This document shows positions 31,331 through 41,169 of a stretch of 64,000 bases of DNA, in pieces (the stretch's first letter is position 1; the number at the start of each line of letters is the position of its first letter). The notes under the pieces were generated by a model that saw only the letters and a program-made list of their open reading frames with translations, did no database searches and had not been told where the DNA came from. The position numbers and the translations under genes are program-made. This DNA is from Rhodothermales bacterium (GTDB taxonomy: Bacteria > Bacteroidota > Rhodothermia > Rhodothermales > Bin80), in the NCBI GenBank assembly GCA_965200955.1, contig OZ241742.1, positions 2,951,072 to 3,015,071 on the forward strand. Reading direction: 5' to 3'.

Positions 31331-31757
31331 GGACAGCAAGTTGTGCATGAACATCGGCATGAAGCTTGACGGTGGCTGTATACTCACCAAGAATCTTGAT
31401 TTCTTCATTGATGGTGATGATGCGACGATCAATTTTGAACCCCTGTAGAGCTAAAGCAAGAGAAACCTGCTGAGCAGTGATCGCTCCAAAGATGCGATTC
31501 TCCGCTCCTACCTTCGCTTCAATTTTTACGATGGTATTTTCGAGTTGTCCCTTAATCTCATCAGCGTTGTTTTTCTCATGAGCTCGCCGCCGTGCCTGCT
31601 GACGCATTTGATCTTCAAAAGCACGAATCGTACCAGGGGTTGCCAGCTGAGCAAGCCCTTGTGGGATGAGCCAATTGCGACCGTAGCCATTTTTTACATT
31701 AATGATATCTCCCTCGTTACCGAGATTATGGACATCAGTCAATAAAATTACTTTCAT
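31302..31757 (-). CDS. rplI: 50S ribosomal protein L9
   Basis: MKVILLTDVHNLGNEGDIINVKNGYGRNWLIPQGLA is the canonical L9 N-terminus. Confidence 0.9.
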   Translation of the reverse strand: MKVILLTDVHNLGNEGDIINVKNGYGRNWLIPQGLAQLATPGTIRAFEDQMRQQARRRAHEKNNADEIKGQLENTIVKIEAKVGAENRIFGAITAQQVSLALALQGFKIDRRIITINEEIKILGEYTATVKLHADVHAQLAVHVVPADSHA

Positions 31758-31778
31758 GGGTAATCAAACTGGATTCAA

Positions 31779-32021
31779 TTAACGGACCGAATCAGCAACA
31801 TAAGGCAGTAATGCCAAATGCCGAGCACGCTTGATTGCACGGGCAATTAAACGTTGTTTTTTGGCAGGTATATCCAATACACGCCTTGGAAGCATCTTAC
31901 CTTGCTCGTTAATAAAGCGCTGTAAGTACTCCACATCTTTATAGTCAATATAGTTGGGAGTCATTTTAGTCCTCTTGATTTTGTGATACAGGAGCAGATT
32001 TCTTTTTATCCTTGGTGGCAT
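31779..32021 (-). CDS. rpsR: 30S ribosomal protein S18
   Basis: [24 protein letters not shown]...[20 protein letters not shown]. The start is either 32021 (a 56-nt overlap with rpsF) or the ATG at 31964, 1 nt after the rpsF stop. Confidence 0.9.
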   Translation of the reverse strand: MPPRIKRNLLLYHKIKRTKMTPNYIDYKDVEYLQRFINEQGKMLPRRVLDIPAKKQRLIARAIKRARHLALLPYVADSVR

Positions 32022-32337
32022 GATAATGGGCGATCATACTTTTATCCATTGCCAGAATCAGAGATCGAAGCACATTATCATCAATGGTGAGAGCACGTTC
32101 AATACGTGGTATCATCGTACCTGGTCCCTCGAAATACAGGTTCACATAGTAACCATTTCGTTTCTTGTCAACCGGATACGCGAGTTTTTGAGTTCCCCAT
32201 TCATCAACATGGATGACGGTGCCACCAGCACCTTGAATGATGACGTTGATGCGAGCAACCACCTCAGCGGTCTGCTCAGCGGAGAGTACAGGAGTGAGGA
32301 TGTACGTTAATTCGTACATCTTACGGTTCATGGCCAT
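31966..32337 (-). CDS. rpsF: 30S ribosomal protein S6
   Basis: [16 protein letters not shown]...[13 protein letters not shown]. The likely start is the ATG at 32337 or 32319; the ORF-track start at 32406 is a leader extension. Confidence 0.9.
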   Translation of the reverse strand: MAMNRKMYELTYILTPVLSAEQTAEVVARINVIIQGAGGTVIHVDEWGTQKLAYPVDKKRNGYYVNLYFEGPGTMIPRIERALTIDDNVLRSLILAMDKSMIAHYHATKDKKKSAPVSQNQED

Positions 32338-32377
32338 ACTTATCCCTTCGGAATGACTGGTTATGAGTGATTGGTCA

Positions 32378-32400
32378 TGCCCCTGTATTTCACAGGGGCA
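32378..32400 (-). other. GC-rich stem-loop (9-bp stem, 5-nt loop) between prfA and rpsF
   Basis: TGCCCCTGT-gaaat-ACAGGGGCA on the minus strand, about 45 nt after the prfA stop and about 40 nt before the rpsF start. No U-tract follows it. Confidence 0.4.
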
Positions 32401-32444
32401 GGGCAAGAAAATTCGTTATATGTTACAGCCGTAGCGAGGTTCCC

Positions 32445-33524
32445 TTATGATGTGTGGGCCAACCGATCAGCATGATCGGCAGTCTGAAGAGCATTCAGTA
32501 ATTCGTCCAGTTCACCTTCAATGATCTTGCGAAGGGGGTAGTTTTTCATATCTCCCTCCAACCGATGATCAGTGACTCGATCCTGAGGAAAATTGTACGT
32601 TCGAATTTTGACGGAACGATCACCGGATCCGACAGCCTGTCGTCGAACCTCATCCCGTTCTGCATTGATCTCGCTCATCTTTTTCTCGTACAGTCTGGAC
32701 CGTAGCACCCTCATGGCCTTGTCTTTGTTTTTGTGCTGGCTTTTTTCATCCTGACAGGTGACAACCAATCCGGTGGGAAGATGCGTGATTCGAACTGCTG
32801 AGTCTGTAGTATTCACACTCTGCCCTCCAGGACCGCTGGAGCGGTATACATCAATCTTAAGATCACTGATTGCGATGTCTATCTCTACATCCGTGGCTTC
32901 TGGAAGCACGGCAACACTAGCTGCAGAGGTGTGTAACCGACCACTAGATTCGGTTTGGGGTACACGTTGAACCCGATGCACTCCATTTTCATACTTTAGG
33001 TTACCAAAGACATTTTTTCCTGAAACCCCAAATACCACCTCTTTGAAGCCGCCAACACTACCTGCCGAACTATTGATCTTGGTCAGTTTCCATCCATTGC
33101 GTGAAATATAGCGTTCATAGAGACGATATAAATCGGCAACAAACAACGCAGCTTCACTGCCACCTGTACCAGCCCGTATTTCCATGATTGCATCACGGGC
33201 ATCAGCAGGATCTTTGGGAGTCAATGCAATCTGGAGATCCGCTTCCATCTGAGGTAATTTAGCAGTAAGAGCTGTCAACTCCTCTCGTGCCATGATCACC
33301 AATTCTTCGTCCTCTTCATTCCTGATCAACGCCTTCATTTCTTCCGTATCTCTAAGAAGATCTTGATACTGATCAACCGCTGCAACGACTTCAGACAGCT
33401 CACGATGCTCTGGCCCTAGGGTGGCCATTTGATGAGGATCTGCGGCAATCGAGGGGTCCGAAATGAGCTGATTGACCTCAGAGAACCTCTCCTTGACCTC
33501 ATTAAGTTTTTCTAAGTCTAACAT
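32445..33524 (-). CDS. prfA: peptide chain release factor 1
   Basis: [17 protein letters not shown] carries the PxT-type anticodon motif, and [11 protein letters not shown] carries GGQ. Confidence 0.95.
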   Translation of the reverse strand: MLDLEKLNEVKERFSEVNQLISDPSIAADPHQMATLGPEHRELSEVVAAVDQYQDLLRDTEEMKALIRNEEDEELVIMAREELTALTAKLPQMEADLQIALTPKDPADARDAIMEIRAGTGGSEAALFVADLYRLYERYISRNGWKLTKINSSAGSVGGFKEVVFGVSGKNVFGNLKYENGVHRVQRVPQTESSGRLHTSAASVAVLPEATDVEIDIAISDLKIDVYRSSGPGGQSVNTTDSAVRITHLPTGLVVTCQDEKSQHKNKDKAMRVLRSRLYEKKMSEINAERDEVRRQAVGSGDRSVKIRTYNFPQDRVTDHRLEGDMKNYPLRKIIEGELDELLNALQTADHADRLAHTS

Positions 33525-33701
33525 TTAACAGCGACCGTATGATCTTCTTTCTCAGATAGGTTCAGCATCAAGCGATGATCATCACTGATATAGTGAGATC
33601 GTTTGTAATGCCCATCCAAGCATCTACAAAATTTGGAGAATTAGTATTCAATTGCTAAATACGGATCAATTTACCTGTCTCTGTAATCACTCACACGACA
33701 A

Positions 33702-36005
33702 TTAAGATGTTAGTGACTGGAGACCGGATGCCTCAGAAATAAATTGCTGAAGTGTACTCCCCGAATTATCAACAAGTTTGTCTATTTCAGACAGAGAAAG
33801 CTTTAAACGATATTTAGGGTTGGAATGATCGACAGATTCCACAAGATGTATCTTTTCTAATTTCGGGAGAATTTTGTTTATAAAATGGCTTGACTGACTA
33901 CCTAATCGAAGAGTAATGTCATTGCGATTTATTGTGGTTGACCGATTGAACATCCGAATAAAACGCAATGTTGTTTTCACATCAGGATCAATGTTAAATT
34001 CCGTGGGTGATTCAAGGACCTCATCCTGAGGTGTTTTAAACCTGATATCAATACCTTTATTCCTTAAGACCGCACGCACATGAGTTGGATTGAAAATTTT
34101 TTGGTGATCTTCTTCCTCACCATTGCCAACCGATACTGAATCAAAAATACAATTTTCGAAAACTGTGCCGTCAAATCTAGGTCTTGAACGATCATCAAAT
34201 ATGAGCTCTGTAAAACGACAGTCATGGAACTGACTGTCAATAAAGATGGAATCATCTAAACTTGTTGAGCCAAACAGAGAGTCATGTACGCTAAGCCCAC
34301 GAATCTCGCGTTGCTGTAGAGAGTTCGGGGGGAAATTCGTTTCAGAGATTTTATATGGATTTGTTGCATGTCGTAATAATTCTAGTATAAGTGTTCCACA
34401 ATTTTCTCTGAAGTAAGATACCCTCGGCTTTTCTTGAGATAAATGTTCTAGGTCTGTGAGAATGTTATCAATTGTGATTGTGTCTTGATTATTTGTCAGA
34501 AAACGGGTTGCTTCAAGGATGACGGACTTGCTCAGAGCATTAGCATTTAAAATTAACCTTGCGTCTGATTTTTCAGATTTAATCAGTGACCGACCAAGAG
34601 CTTGTCCTAAATAAAATTCCAGAAAATCCTCATGATCAAAGCGAATTCTAGATTGTCGCGTAGGGCCCTGCGATTTATCCTCCCGAAGGAGTGAATGATC
34701 TTTGATTCGTCTACATATCTGTCTTTCCACATTAGAACTGAGATTATTCTCGGCTGTGAAAAACTCTATAACCAGTTCTATAATATCAAATCGAAGGGAA
34801 TCTACTGCATTGACCCACATTTCAGAAGCAATCTGTGAGAGCAATTTGTGATGTTGGTCAATTGTAAGGAGCGGAGAGTGATCAATCCCTGAACGATCAA
34901 TCCATTTATCTTGTGCCTCACGCTTAACTATGACTTCAATAAACTCGAAAAAGTAATCAACCTGCGTCTGACCAAGTTTTTCCAAGAATTTTTCTAAATC
35001 ATCATCTTCTTTCGCTACATCAATGAGTCTACGAACGAGTACGGCTCTTGTGAGCACTGGATGTTTTGAACTGTTGAGCCGTTTTTTTACGCGTTTGTAA
35101 AGCAGATCTGGGTTGGGTACACCGCGAAGTGATGCATATTTTGAAAAAACTTGACGATCCCATCTGTTGAGAACGAATCTCTGAATTTTTACATCATGAT
35201 CAGATCCAATAGATTCAAGTAATTTTGCTTGAGAATTTAGCGATTGATCGAAATATGCTTTTCGAGCTGCAATGAGTAGCGTACCAGATGAGGACAACTG
35301 ATCTACAAGATGCCCAAGAGCAGAGACTGCTTCAGTAGAACTCACATCTACAAGCACTTCTTCAAACCCATCAAATGCTGGAATAATTGCATTCATTTTT
35401 ATGAGTTCAATAAATGAATCATAGTATAAGTATGGAAATCGTAGCCGATTCATCAAAGAGGCAATCACAACATCATCAAAGCGCAGGAAAGATCTACCAC
35501 CAAGAGCAACTGGGAGAATTAATGTACTGGTTTTTTTGTTCTTGAATGCAAGGGCCTGTTCAATAGAAATTTTTTCAATCAAGGATGTTTTACCTTCTCC
35601 CGCATCAGAAGTGAGAAAATTAATTAATGTCATACCAGCGTGAAAATTCGTCAAACGCTTTCGCAAATGAGCAATAGAATCAATTGATTGATCTGTTTTC
35701 ACAGGCTCATTTTTCCAATCAAGTAGGTTAACATTTGGGGACACATAATTTTCCGGGGGTTGAATATAGTCAATAATACGCTGTGCAAGCATATCTATCT
35801 TCGCCAAATATGAGAATATCCAAGATCTTGCATAGCTCTCAACTCCATTATGAATGACAATCACACCATGCTGAGGATCGTTTTTGATCTCAGCTTCAAC
35901 TGGTTTACCTCGAATAAACATGAGTAGGTTGCCTTCGTCAACAACCATCTCGTTTTCTTGGTCTGTAAATGTGGTAACAATACGTTTGAAATCTTGGAAT
36001 TGCAT
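33702..36005 (-). CDS. NACHT-like (STAND) P-loop NTPase with pentapeptide repeats and a possible C-terminal winged-helix domain; N-terminal ~130 aa unknown
   Basis: Walker A is FLTSDAGEGKTSL (about 35583-35620). The NACHT-type Walker B is IIPAFDGFEEVLV, followed by LLIAARKAYF. Six consecutive xxFxx pentads read SLFGS TSLDD SIFID SQFHD CRFTE LIFDD. The gene starts 11 nt after the NYN gene stop. Confidence 0.6.
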   Translation of the reverse strand: MQFQDFKRIVTTFTDQENEMVVDEGNLLMFIRGKPVEAEIKNDPQHGVIVIHNGVESYARSWIFSYLAKIDMLAQRIIDYIQPPENYVSPNVNLLDWKNEPVKTDQSIDSIAHLRKRLTNFHAGMTLINFLTSDAGEGKTSLIEKISIEQALAFKNKKTSTLILPVALGGRSFLRFDDVVIASLMNRLRFPYLYYDSFIELIKMNAIIPAFDGFEEVLVDVSSTEAVSALGHLVDQLSSSGTLLIAARKAYFDQSLNSQAKLLESIGSDHDVKIQRFVLNRWDRQVFSKYASLRGVPNPDLLYKRVKKRLNSSKHPVLTRAVLVRRLIDVAKEDDDLEKFLEKLGQTQVDYFFEFIEVIVKREAQDKWIDRSGIDHSPLLTIDQHHKLLSQIASEMWVNAVDSLRFDIIELVIEFFTAENNLSSNVERQICRRIKDHSLLREDKSQGPTRQSRIRFDHEDFLEFYLGQALGRSLIKSEKSDARLILNANALSKSVILEATRFLTNNQDTITIDNILTDLEHLSQEKPRVSYFRENCGTLILELLRHATNPYKISETNFPPNSLQQREIRGLSVHDSLFGSTSLDDSIFIDSQFHDCRFTELIFDDRSRPRFDGTVFENCIFDSVSVGNGEEEDHQKIFNPTHVRAVLRNKGIDIRFKTPQDEVLESPTEFNIDPDVKTTLRFIRMFNRSTTINRNDITLRLGSQSSHFINKILPKLEKIHLVESVDHSNPKYRLKLSLSEIDKLVDNSGSTLQQFISEASGLQSLTS

Positions 36006-36016
36006 CTGACTGATAT

Positions 36017-36719
36017 TTACAATCTTTTTAGGGAATAGTGCTCACTACGAAGTTTTCTGAAAGGATTGCCTCGCCTCCTAATAGATTTGGGGATGAAGTG
36101 GATTAATTCAACATGATTGATAAGTGCATATCGAATGCCAGGCCACATATCATCATCTCCAGATACCAAAACAACAGGTTCTTTTGTAAACATGGACAAA
36201 TGAACTAAATCTGTAACGATCATTGAATCCACAAGTTTCTGTTCAGTCCTGTAAAAAGTGTCATCTGGTGTTACACTACATTGATCATGACCACAGATTT
36301 TTCTACGAAAAAAATGAATGTACCCCTGAGAGATAGCATTGACCCTTATCAACGCAGTGTGCGAAAGGAAAACTTTCTAATCTTAGAGGTGGCAGGTTTG
36401 ATCGAGTTCTAAATGTATTTGGAAAATGATTTCCTTCATCACATATTAGAGATGTAGCCAATTCGGGCCGATTAATTTTTATTTTTTGACCTAATACTTG
36501 AACCACTCGCGGAAAACTCCTCTTTATTTGACCAGATAACTTTGATGCTAAGGGTGTCAACTTATATCCTCTATATAACCATCCTCCATACAATCTGCAC
36601 TGTGAAACTTGTGAATCAGAAATTGAGACTGGAGATTTTTCCAGTATTTGTTCTATAATGTTAATGAGTCTCATTTCTTTTAGTCTTCCCAAGTTATCAT
36701 AGTCAATCAGAATGGTCAT
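36017..36719 (-). pseudogene. NYN/LabA-like (PIN-fold) nuclease with Cys4 zinc-ribbon-like insert, split by a +1 frameshift in an A7/T7 run
   Basis: MTILIDYDNL and RLYGGW are NYN N-terminal motifs. HCVDKGQC...SFF then changes frame at 36308-36314 to RRKICGHDQC...EQKLVDSMIVTDL...VVLVSGDDDMWPGIRYA (NYN C-terminal motifs). Removing one A restores a 233-aa ORF. Confidence 0.6.
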
Positions 36720-36783
36720 GGATCAAGTAATCTATCAATGAATGTGTATGGTGTGAAGCAATTATATTATTTCTCTGCTTATT

Positions 36784-37794
36784 TCAAACTTCAACAAAAT
36801 CTCGTCTAACAGCATGAGCAACTTGCTGAAGCTGAACAAATAAGTCAAAAAACTGATCAAGCCTCAGAACCTGCAATCCCCTTTCAGATGCACTGAGCAA
36901 GTCATCATGTCCATCTATGATCGCACCAGCCCCAACGGCCCCAGATGACAATGGAACGACGTAATCCCGAATGCCTACTCCTTGAGAGGGATCTACGATC
37001 ACGGGGAGATGACTTTTGGCTTTCGCAACCGAAACCCCAGAAAGATCAAGAGTATGCCGTGTGGCAACCTCAAAGGTACGAATCCCTCTCTCACACAAAA
37101 TGGCTTGCGAATTACCTGATTTCATGATGTACTCTCCTGACTTGATTCACTCTTGTATAGTCGTAGCCAAACCATATTAAAGTAACTCTGTCCGATAATT
37201 TCTACCAATGCACGCAAGAACTCAAAATTCCGATATAACGAGTTCCCACTTTAAAGTACTCGCATCATTACCAAATTGATCCATGGACTCAGTGGAATCA
37301 ACTTCTAAGATCAGTTTAACTCACATTCAGTAGCTACCTGACACTCCATTTCAACGCTTCCTCTGGATCTGTTGATACTCATGGAACGATGTGTGAGGCT
37401 TGACCATACTTGCACGAATCACAGATACACCTAATAAGACTATCTGAGTAAAACTATCTTTTGAAATTACTCTGTACATTCAATACTTGATAATGCTCCC
37501 ATCAAAATGACTATATTCCCCCACCCCAGTCTGAAATCCATCCACATCAATAATGGATGAATTGGAGCGGCCAGCACGACTGGCTAGTTTTTAGAGTTCG
37601 GTAACGCGTTGCACCTCAGCAACACCACGAAAATTGTTAATGATTCTGTAATCAAATCCAGGCCAAACCATATTAATCCTTAGTACGTTTGGCTGACTCC
37701 ACTGGAACAATGAATCAAACCCAAAGGCATTTAAGTTGGTGATAACGGCTTCAACTTCTTCTTCCGAAGCATGATTTTTCACGATAACAACCAT
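36784..37794 (-). pseudogene. aroF: type I-beta DAHP synthase with N-terminal ferredoxin-like regulatory domain, heavily decayed but still co-linear
   Basis: The N-terminal MVVIVKNHASEEEVEAV... resembles the Thermotoga-type regulatory domain. The middle reads KLASRAGRSNSSIIDVDGFQTGVGEYS...RASMVKPHTSFHEYQ (cf. GGAYKPRTSPYSFQG) with several stops. The C-terminal AILCERGIRTFEVATRHTLDLSGVSVAKAKSHLPVIVDPSQ is preceded by ATTIQE-TGA-IKSGEYI. Confidence 0.8.
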
Positions 37795-37842
37795 GGCAGC
37801 TACGTTTGATTGCGGAGATGTTAGGGTGTCAGTAGTTTCACG

Positions 37843-38583
37843 TCAACGGTAACGATCCAGTGCAAAGTTTTTTCCAAGATAGTGTTGACGAACCTCGGGA
37901 TCCGATGCTAGTTGTTCGGCTGTACCTGATTTCATGATATGTCCATCAAACAAAAGATAGGCACGATCTGTAATGGCTAAGGTTTCATGTACATTGTGAT
38001 CCGTAATCAAAATTCCAATCCCGAGATTAGCTAGCTCACAAATGATCTCCTGAATATGTTCAACCGTGATCGGATCCACGCCCGCAAATGGTTCATCAAG
38101 CAGAAAAAATTTGGGTTCAAGAGCCATTGACCGTGCAATTTCGGTTCGTCTTCGTTCCCCGCCAGAGAGGGTATAGGCCTTGGAAGTACGCACAGTATCC
38201 AGTCCAAATTGAGTGATTAACGTGTCTACTCGCTCATTCCGATCCTGCTTGGATAGGTTCTGAAATTCTAACACCGCATGGAGATTTTGTTCTACGGTTA
38301 GCTGCTGAAAAACACTGGTCTCCTGAGCTAGATACCCTAATCCACGCCGAGCACGCTGATACATGGGCAAACCGGTAATCTCCCTGTCAGCAAGAAAAAT
38401 TCTGCCCTGATTCGGAGATTCAAGCCCCACGATCATATGAAAAGAAGTGGTCTTACCCGCTCCATTGGGACCAAGTAACCCAACGACTTCACCACTTTGG
38501 ACCTGTAGGGAAACATCCTTGACAACGGTCCTCTTCTTGAATTTTTTCGTCAATTTTTCGGCACGTAATGTCAATTCTCCCAT
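37843..38583 (-). CDS. lptB: LPS export ABC transporter ATP-binding protein
   Basis: GPNGAGKTT, LSGGERRRTEIARSM, FLLDEPFAGVDP, and the LptB-specific C-terminal PEVRQHYLG. Confidence 0.9.
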   Translation of the reverse strand: MGELTLRAEKLTKKFKKRTVVKDVSLQVQSGEVVGLLGPNGAGKTTSFHMIVGLESPNQGRIFLADREITGLPMYQRARRGLGYLAQETSVFQQLTVEQNLHAVLEFQNLSKQDRNERVDTLITQFGLDTVRTSKAYTLSGGERRRTEIARSMALEPKFFLLDEPFAGVDPITVEHIQEIICELANLGIGILITDHNVHETLAITDRAYLLFDGHIMKSGTAEQLASDPEVRQHYLGKNFALDRYR

Positions 38584-39971
38584 CTTTGCATCCAGTGTAC
38601 AAAATCTCCCAGAAGTTGGTATTTAGAAGGCTTTTGCATCACATTCCATTGTAAGCCTTCAAGTTTTAAATCGTCTGTTACAGATTTTTGTGGGTGTCGG
38701 ATCCCTTTCACATCCGTACTAAACGACAGTGTCCTCAGAGAATCTCCTTCAAACATCATACGAATTTCATCCGAAGACGCTTCAATCGCGCCATCTGGAA
38801 GCCCCTCTTCGTCTGCATTGAAGTAGATAGCCTCTGCATTTGGGCCGATTATGATCACTCGCACCGAATCGTGCATCGTTCTACTCACTAATGTATGTCC
38901 CTTCACCTGATTGATTCGTTGAATCAAGCTGTCTTCCTCTGCTACAAATGCATTTCCCCAAATCATCAAAGAATCGACGTTCCCGTCATGGATAATGACC
39001 TTCATTGTATCTCCAGACAGTTGAGTTTGATTCATCCATACAAATGGGAGCCCATAGAGCCATATCTCTTCATTTGATCCATGACCTAAACGTTGATAGG
39101 CTACCGAATCAGCTGTTGCAGAAAGAGAGCTGTTCCAGATTCGTACATTTCTTGTTGCATCAAGCCGAGATGTATTCATGCGATCCTGAAGATGCATCAC
39201 ATCTGCACGAATGATTAGCGTATCAACGGAGAGAGAATCATATTCTATGTTGATGAAGATTGGATCCCCCTCAACAATCGCCAGTGAATCATTCGCATTA
39301 TACTCAAATCGTTCTCCTGCAATCCAGAGCGAGTCATTGAGGGTGGTTCTGAGATAGCGAACGGACCCTTGGGCTAATGAGATAGAATGCTCGCGATAAT
39401 GCAGGAGTGAATCAGCAAAGAGCCGAGCATCCTCTGACTCCATCATCACATCTCCCGACATATCCGCAATCTTCGTATCTGTCCAATAGAATCCTGAATC
39501 TCCAACCAATGTGGTCAATGAATCAATCAGCACAAGCCCTTCTGGAAACTCTACTCGTCGTTCTTCAACATAATAGACTCCTTTTGGGGAAGTGGTTACA
39601 ACCTCGCCATCGGTCAGTCGGACATTCCCTACTGCCCGTCCAATTTCCAGATCTTCATTATAATCTAGAGCATCTGCCTCAAGGGTATCTCCTTGATCAA
39701 TCAATACAGAATTGCCCGTAAATGATGTCTGACTCCGAGTTACATTACGAACGGCTTGATCAGAGGTGATTTCGGTAGATCCGTAGTTGACGCGCACATC
39801 TCCGTTGATGAATTGCAGAAATTCATCTTGATTTTGCTGACCAACCAATGAGTCACCCTGAACGAATACCGAGTCCGTATCAGCATATGCATAATACCCC
39901 GTCACTGTCTCTGGAGGATTTCCCTTCGGCATCAGCAATACAACAATCAACCATAATGTAACAGCTTTCAT
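38571..39971 (-). CDS. periplasmic OstA/LptA-family protein (multi-domain, 466 aa)
   Basis: Has a signal peptide and repeated OstA-like beta-jellyroll patterns (GDV..., ADSL.Y..., GN...). It is sandwiched with overlaps between the lptC-like gene and lptB. Confidence 0.5.
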   Translation of the reverse strand: MKAVTLWLIVVLLMPKGNPPETVTGYYAYADTDSVFVQGDSLVGQQNQDEFLQFINGDVRVNYGSTEITSDQAVRNVTRSQTSFTGNSVLIDQGDTLEADALDYNEDLEIGRAVGNVRLTDGEVVTTSPKGVYYVEERRVEFPEGLVLIDSLTTLVGDSGFYWTDTKIADMSGDVMMESEDARLFADSLLHYREHSISLAQGSVRYLRTTLNDSLWIAGERFEYNANDSLAIVEGDPIFINIEYDSLSVDTLIIRADVMHLQDRMNTSRLDATRNVRIWNSSLSATADSVAYQRLGHGSNEEIWLYGLPFVWMNQTQLSGDTMKVIIHDGNVDSLMIWGNAFVAEEDSLIQRINQVKGHTLVSRTMHDSVRVIIIGPNAEAIYFNADEEGLPDGAIEASSDEIRMMFEGDSLRTLSFSTDVKGIRHPQKSVTDDLKLEGLQWNVMQKPSKYQLLGDFVHWMQRWEN

Positions 39972-40657
39972 GAATCAGGAATGATCTTTGCCTGAAACCT
40001 GCCAATCTGATACGCACCCAAATCTTCGGTTGCCTCAAGTCCAACGCCCGAAACAATTTCATCAGGTGTACGAATCGTCACAAAGCTGTGCGTCCGTAAT
40101 CGATGATCACTTTCCCACCACTCAAGCCAATCCGTTGTGAGCATCCGCTGATCCGTCGTTTCAATTCGAACATTGCCCTCAGCAGTAAAATACTCTTCCT
40201 TTTCGTGATAAGTTACACGATCTGCCTCCAAGAATGCTGATTGTACACCAGTGGAATCAAAAATTTCAATCTCTACTTTCCGATCAACTCCATAAAGATA
40301 CTGAATCGTAGAATCCCCCCGCCCTATCCACTGGACATGATCTGCAGAAATACGTACTCTTGGAAAACTCTCATCTACATCCGAAGCTGCCTGCGACAGG
40401 ACAATTTGGACATTCCAACTTTCTTTGGAGGGACTGTCAAAAGACGATCCATACACGCCTGATACATCCTGCTGCGTACATGATGTTAGAAGTACGGCAA
40501 AAAGGATCAAGAGTATCAGACTCGTGGAAAGACGAACCGATTGCAATGTACAGTCATCTTGTGTGAACCACTTGATAAAGGAAGATATTGACAAGAAATC
40601 AACGGATGAGAAATGAAAAGGCGGAAATTCATCAAACTCTCTTTTAATCAGAACCAT
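39968..40657 (-). CDS. lptC: LptC-like LPS export periplasmic protein (lipobox LLTSC)
   Basis: The C-terminal half (EADRVTYHEKEEYFTAEGNVRIET...LTTDWLEWWESDHRLRTHSFVTIRTPDEIVSGVGLEA) follows the LptC pattern. It overlaps the OstA gene by 4 nt. The start is uncertain. Confidence 0.5.
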   Translation of the reverse strand: MVLIKREFDEFPPFHFSSVDFLSISSFIKWFTQDDCTLQSVRLSTSLILLILFAVLLTSCTQQDVSGVYGSSFDSPSKESWNVQIVLSQAASDVDESFPRVRISADHVQWIGRGDSTIQYLYGVDRKVEIEIFDSTGVQSAFLEADRVTYHEKEEYFTAEGNVRIETTDQRMLTTDWLEWWESDHRLRTHSFVTIRTPDEIVSGVGLEATEDLGAYQIGRFQAKIIPDS

Positions 40658-40835
40658 GGAATTAATCAGATATGATCATCCAGAGGATTTAAGAGGTCAT
40701 CACTATCGCTCAGTATTCTGTCGAGAATGCAATACAAGTGTGTATTGCCACCCCATCACCTTGTGCACTGTCTATTGTAAGTCATTCTTTGGCACGCTGA
40801 ATGATGAGATCAGCGTTCACAAATGTACATAAATG

Positions 40836-40908
40836 AGCGGGAAACGAGACTTGAACTCGCGACCTTCTGCATGGCAAGCAGATGCTCTACCAACTGAGCT
40901 ATTCCCGC
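40836..40908 (-). tRNA. tRNA-Gly (anticodon GCC)
   Basis: The minus strand reads GCGGGAATAGCTCAGTTGGTAGAGCATCTGCTTGCCATGCAGAAGGTCGCGAGTTCAAGTCTCGTTTCCCGCT. It folds as a cloverleaf, with anticodon loop TTGCCAT. CCA is not encoded. Confidence 0.9.
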
Positions 40909-41169
40909 TGTTGGACAGGTTACACGCTAAGTCACAACCATGGTTCCAACCGTGGCATCACGACATCACAATCCTTAAACATAAACAACATGATCGTGCT
41001 ATCACATCAATCTGATGCAATCAATTTTGTGGTTGAACCAAGATATACTCCTATGAACACAGAGGCACCATTGAAACGATTGGCTACCCGTAAAAACGCT
41101 CGGATCATTTCAATCATTCTTTTTGCACGTATCATCGAATACTCATAAAATGACCCACATGCACCTCCG

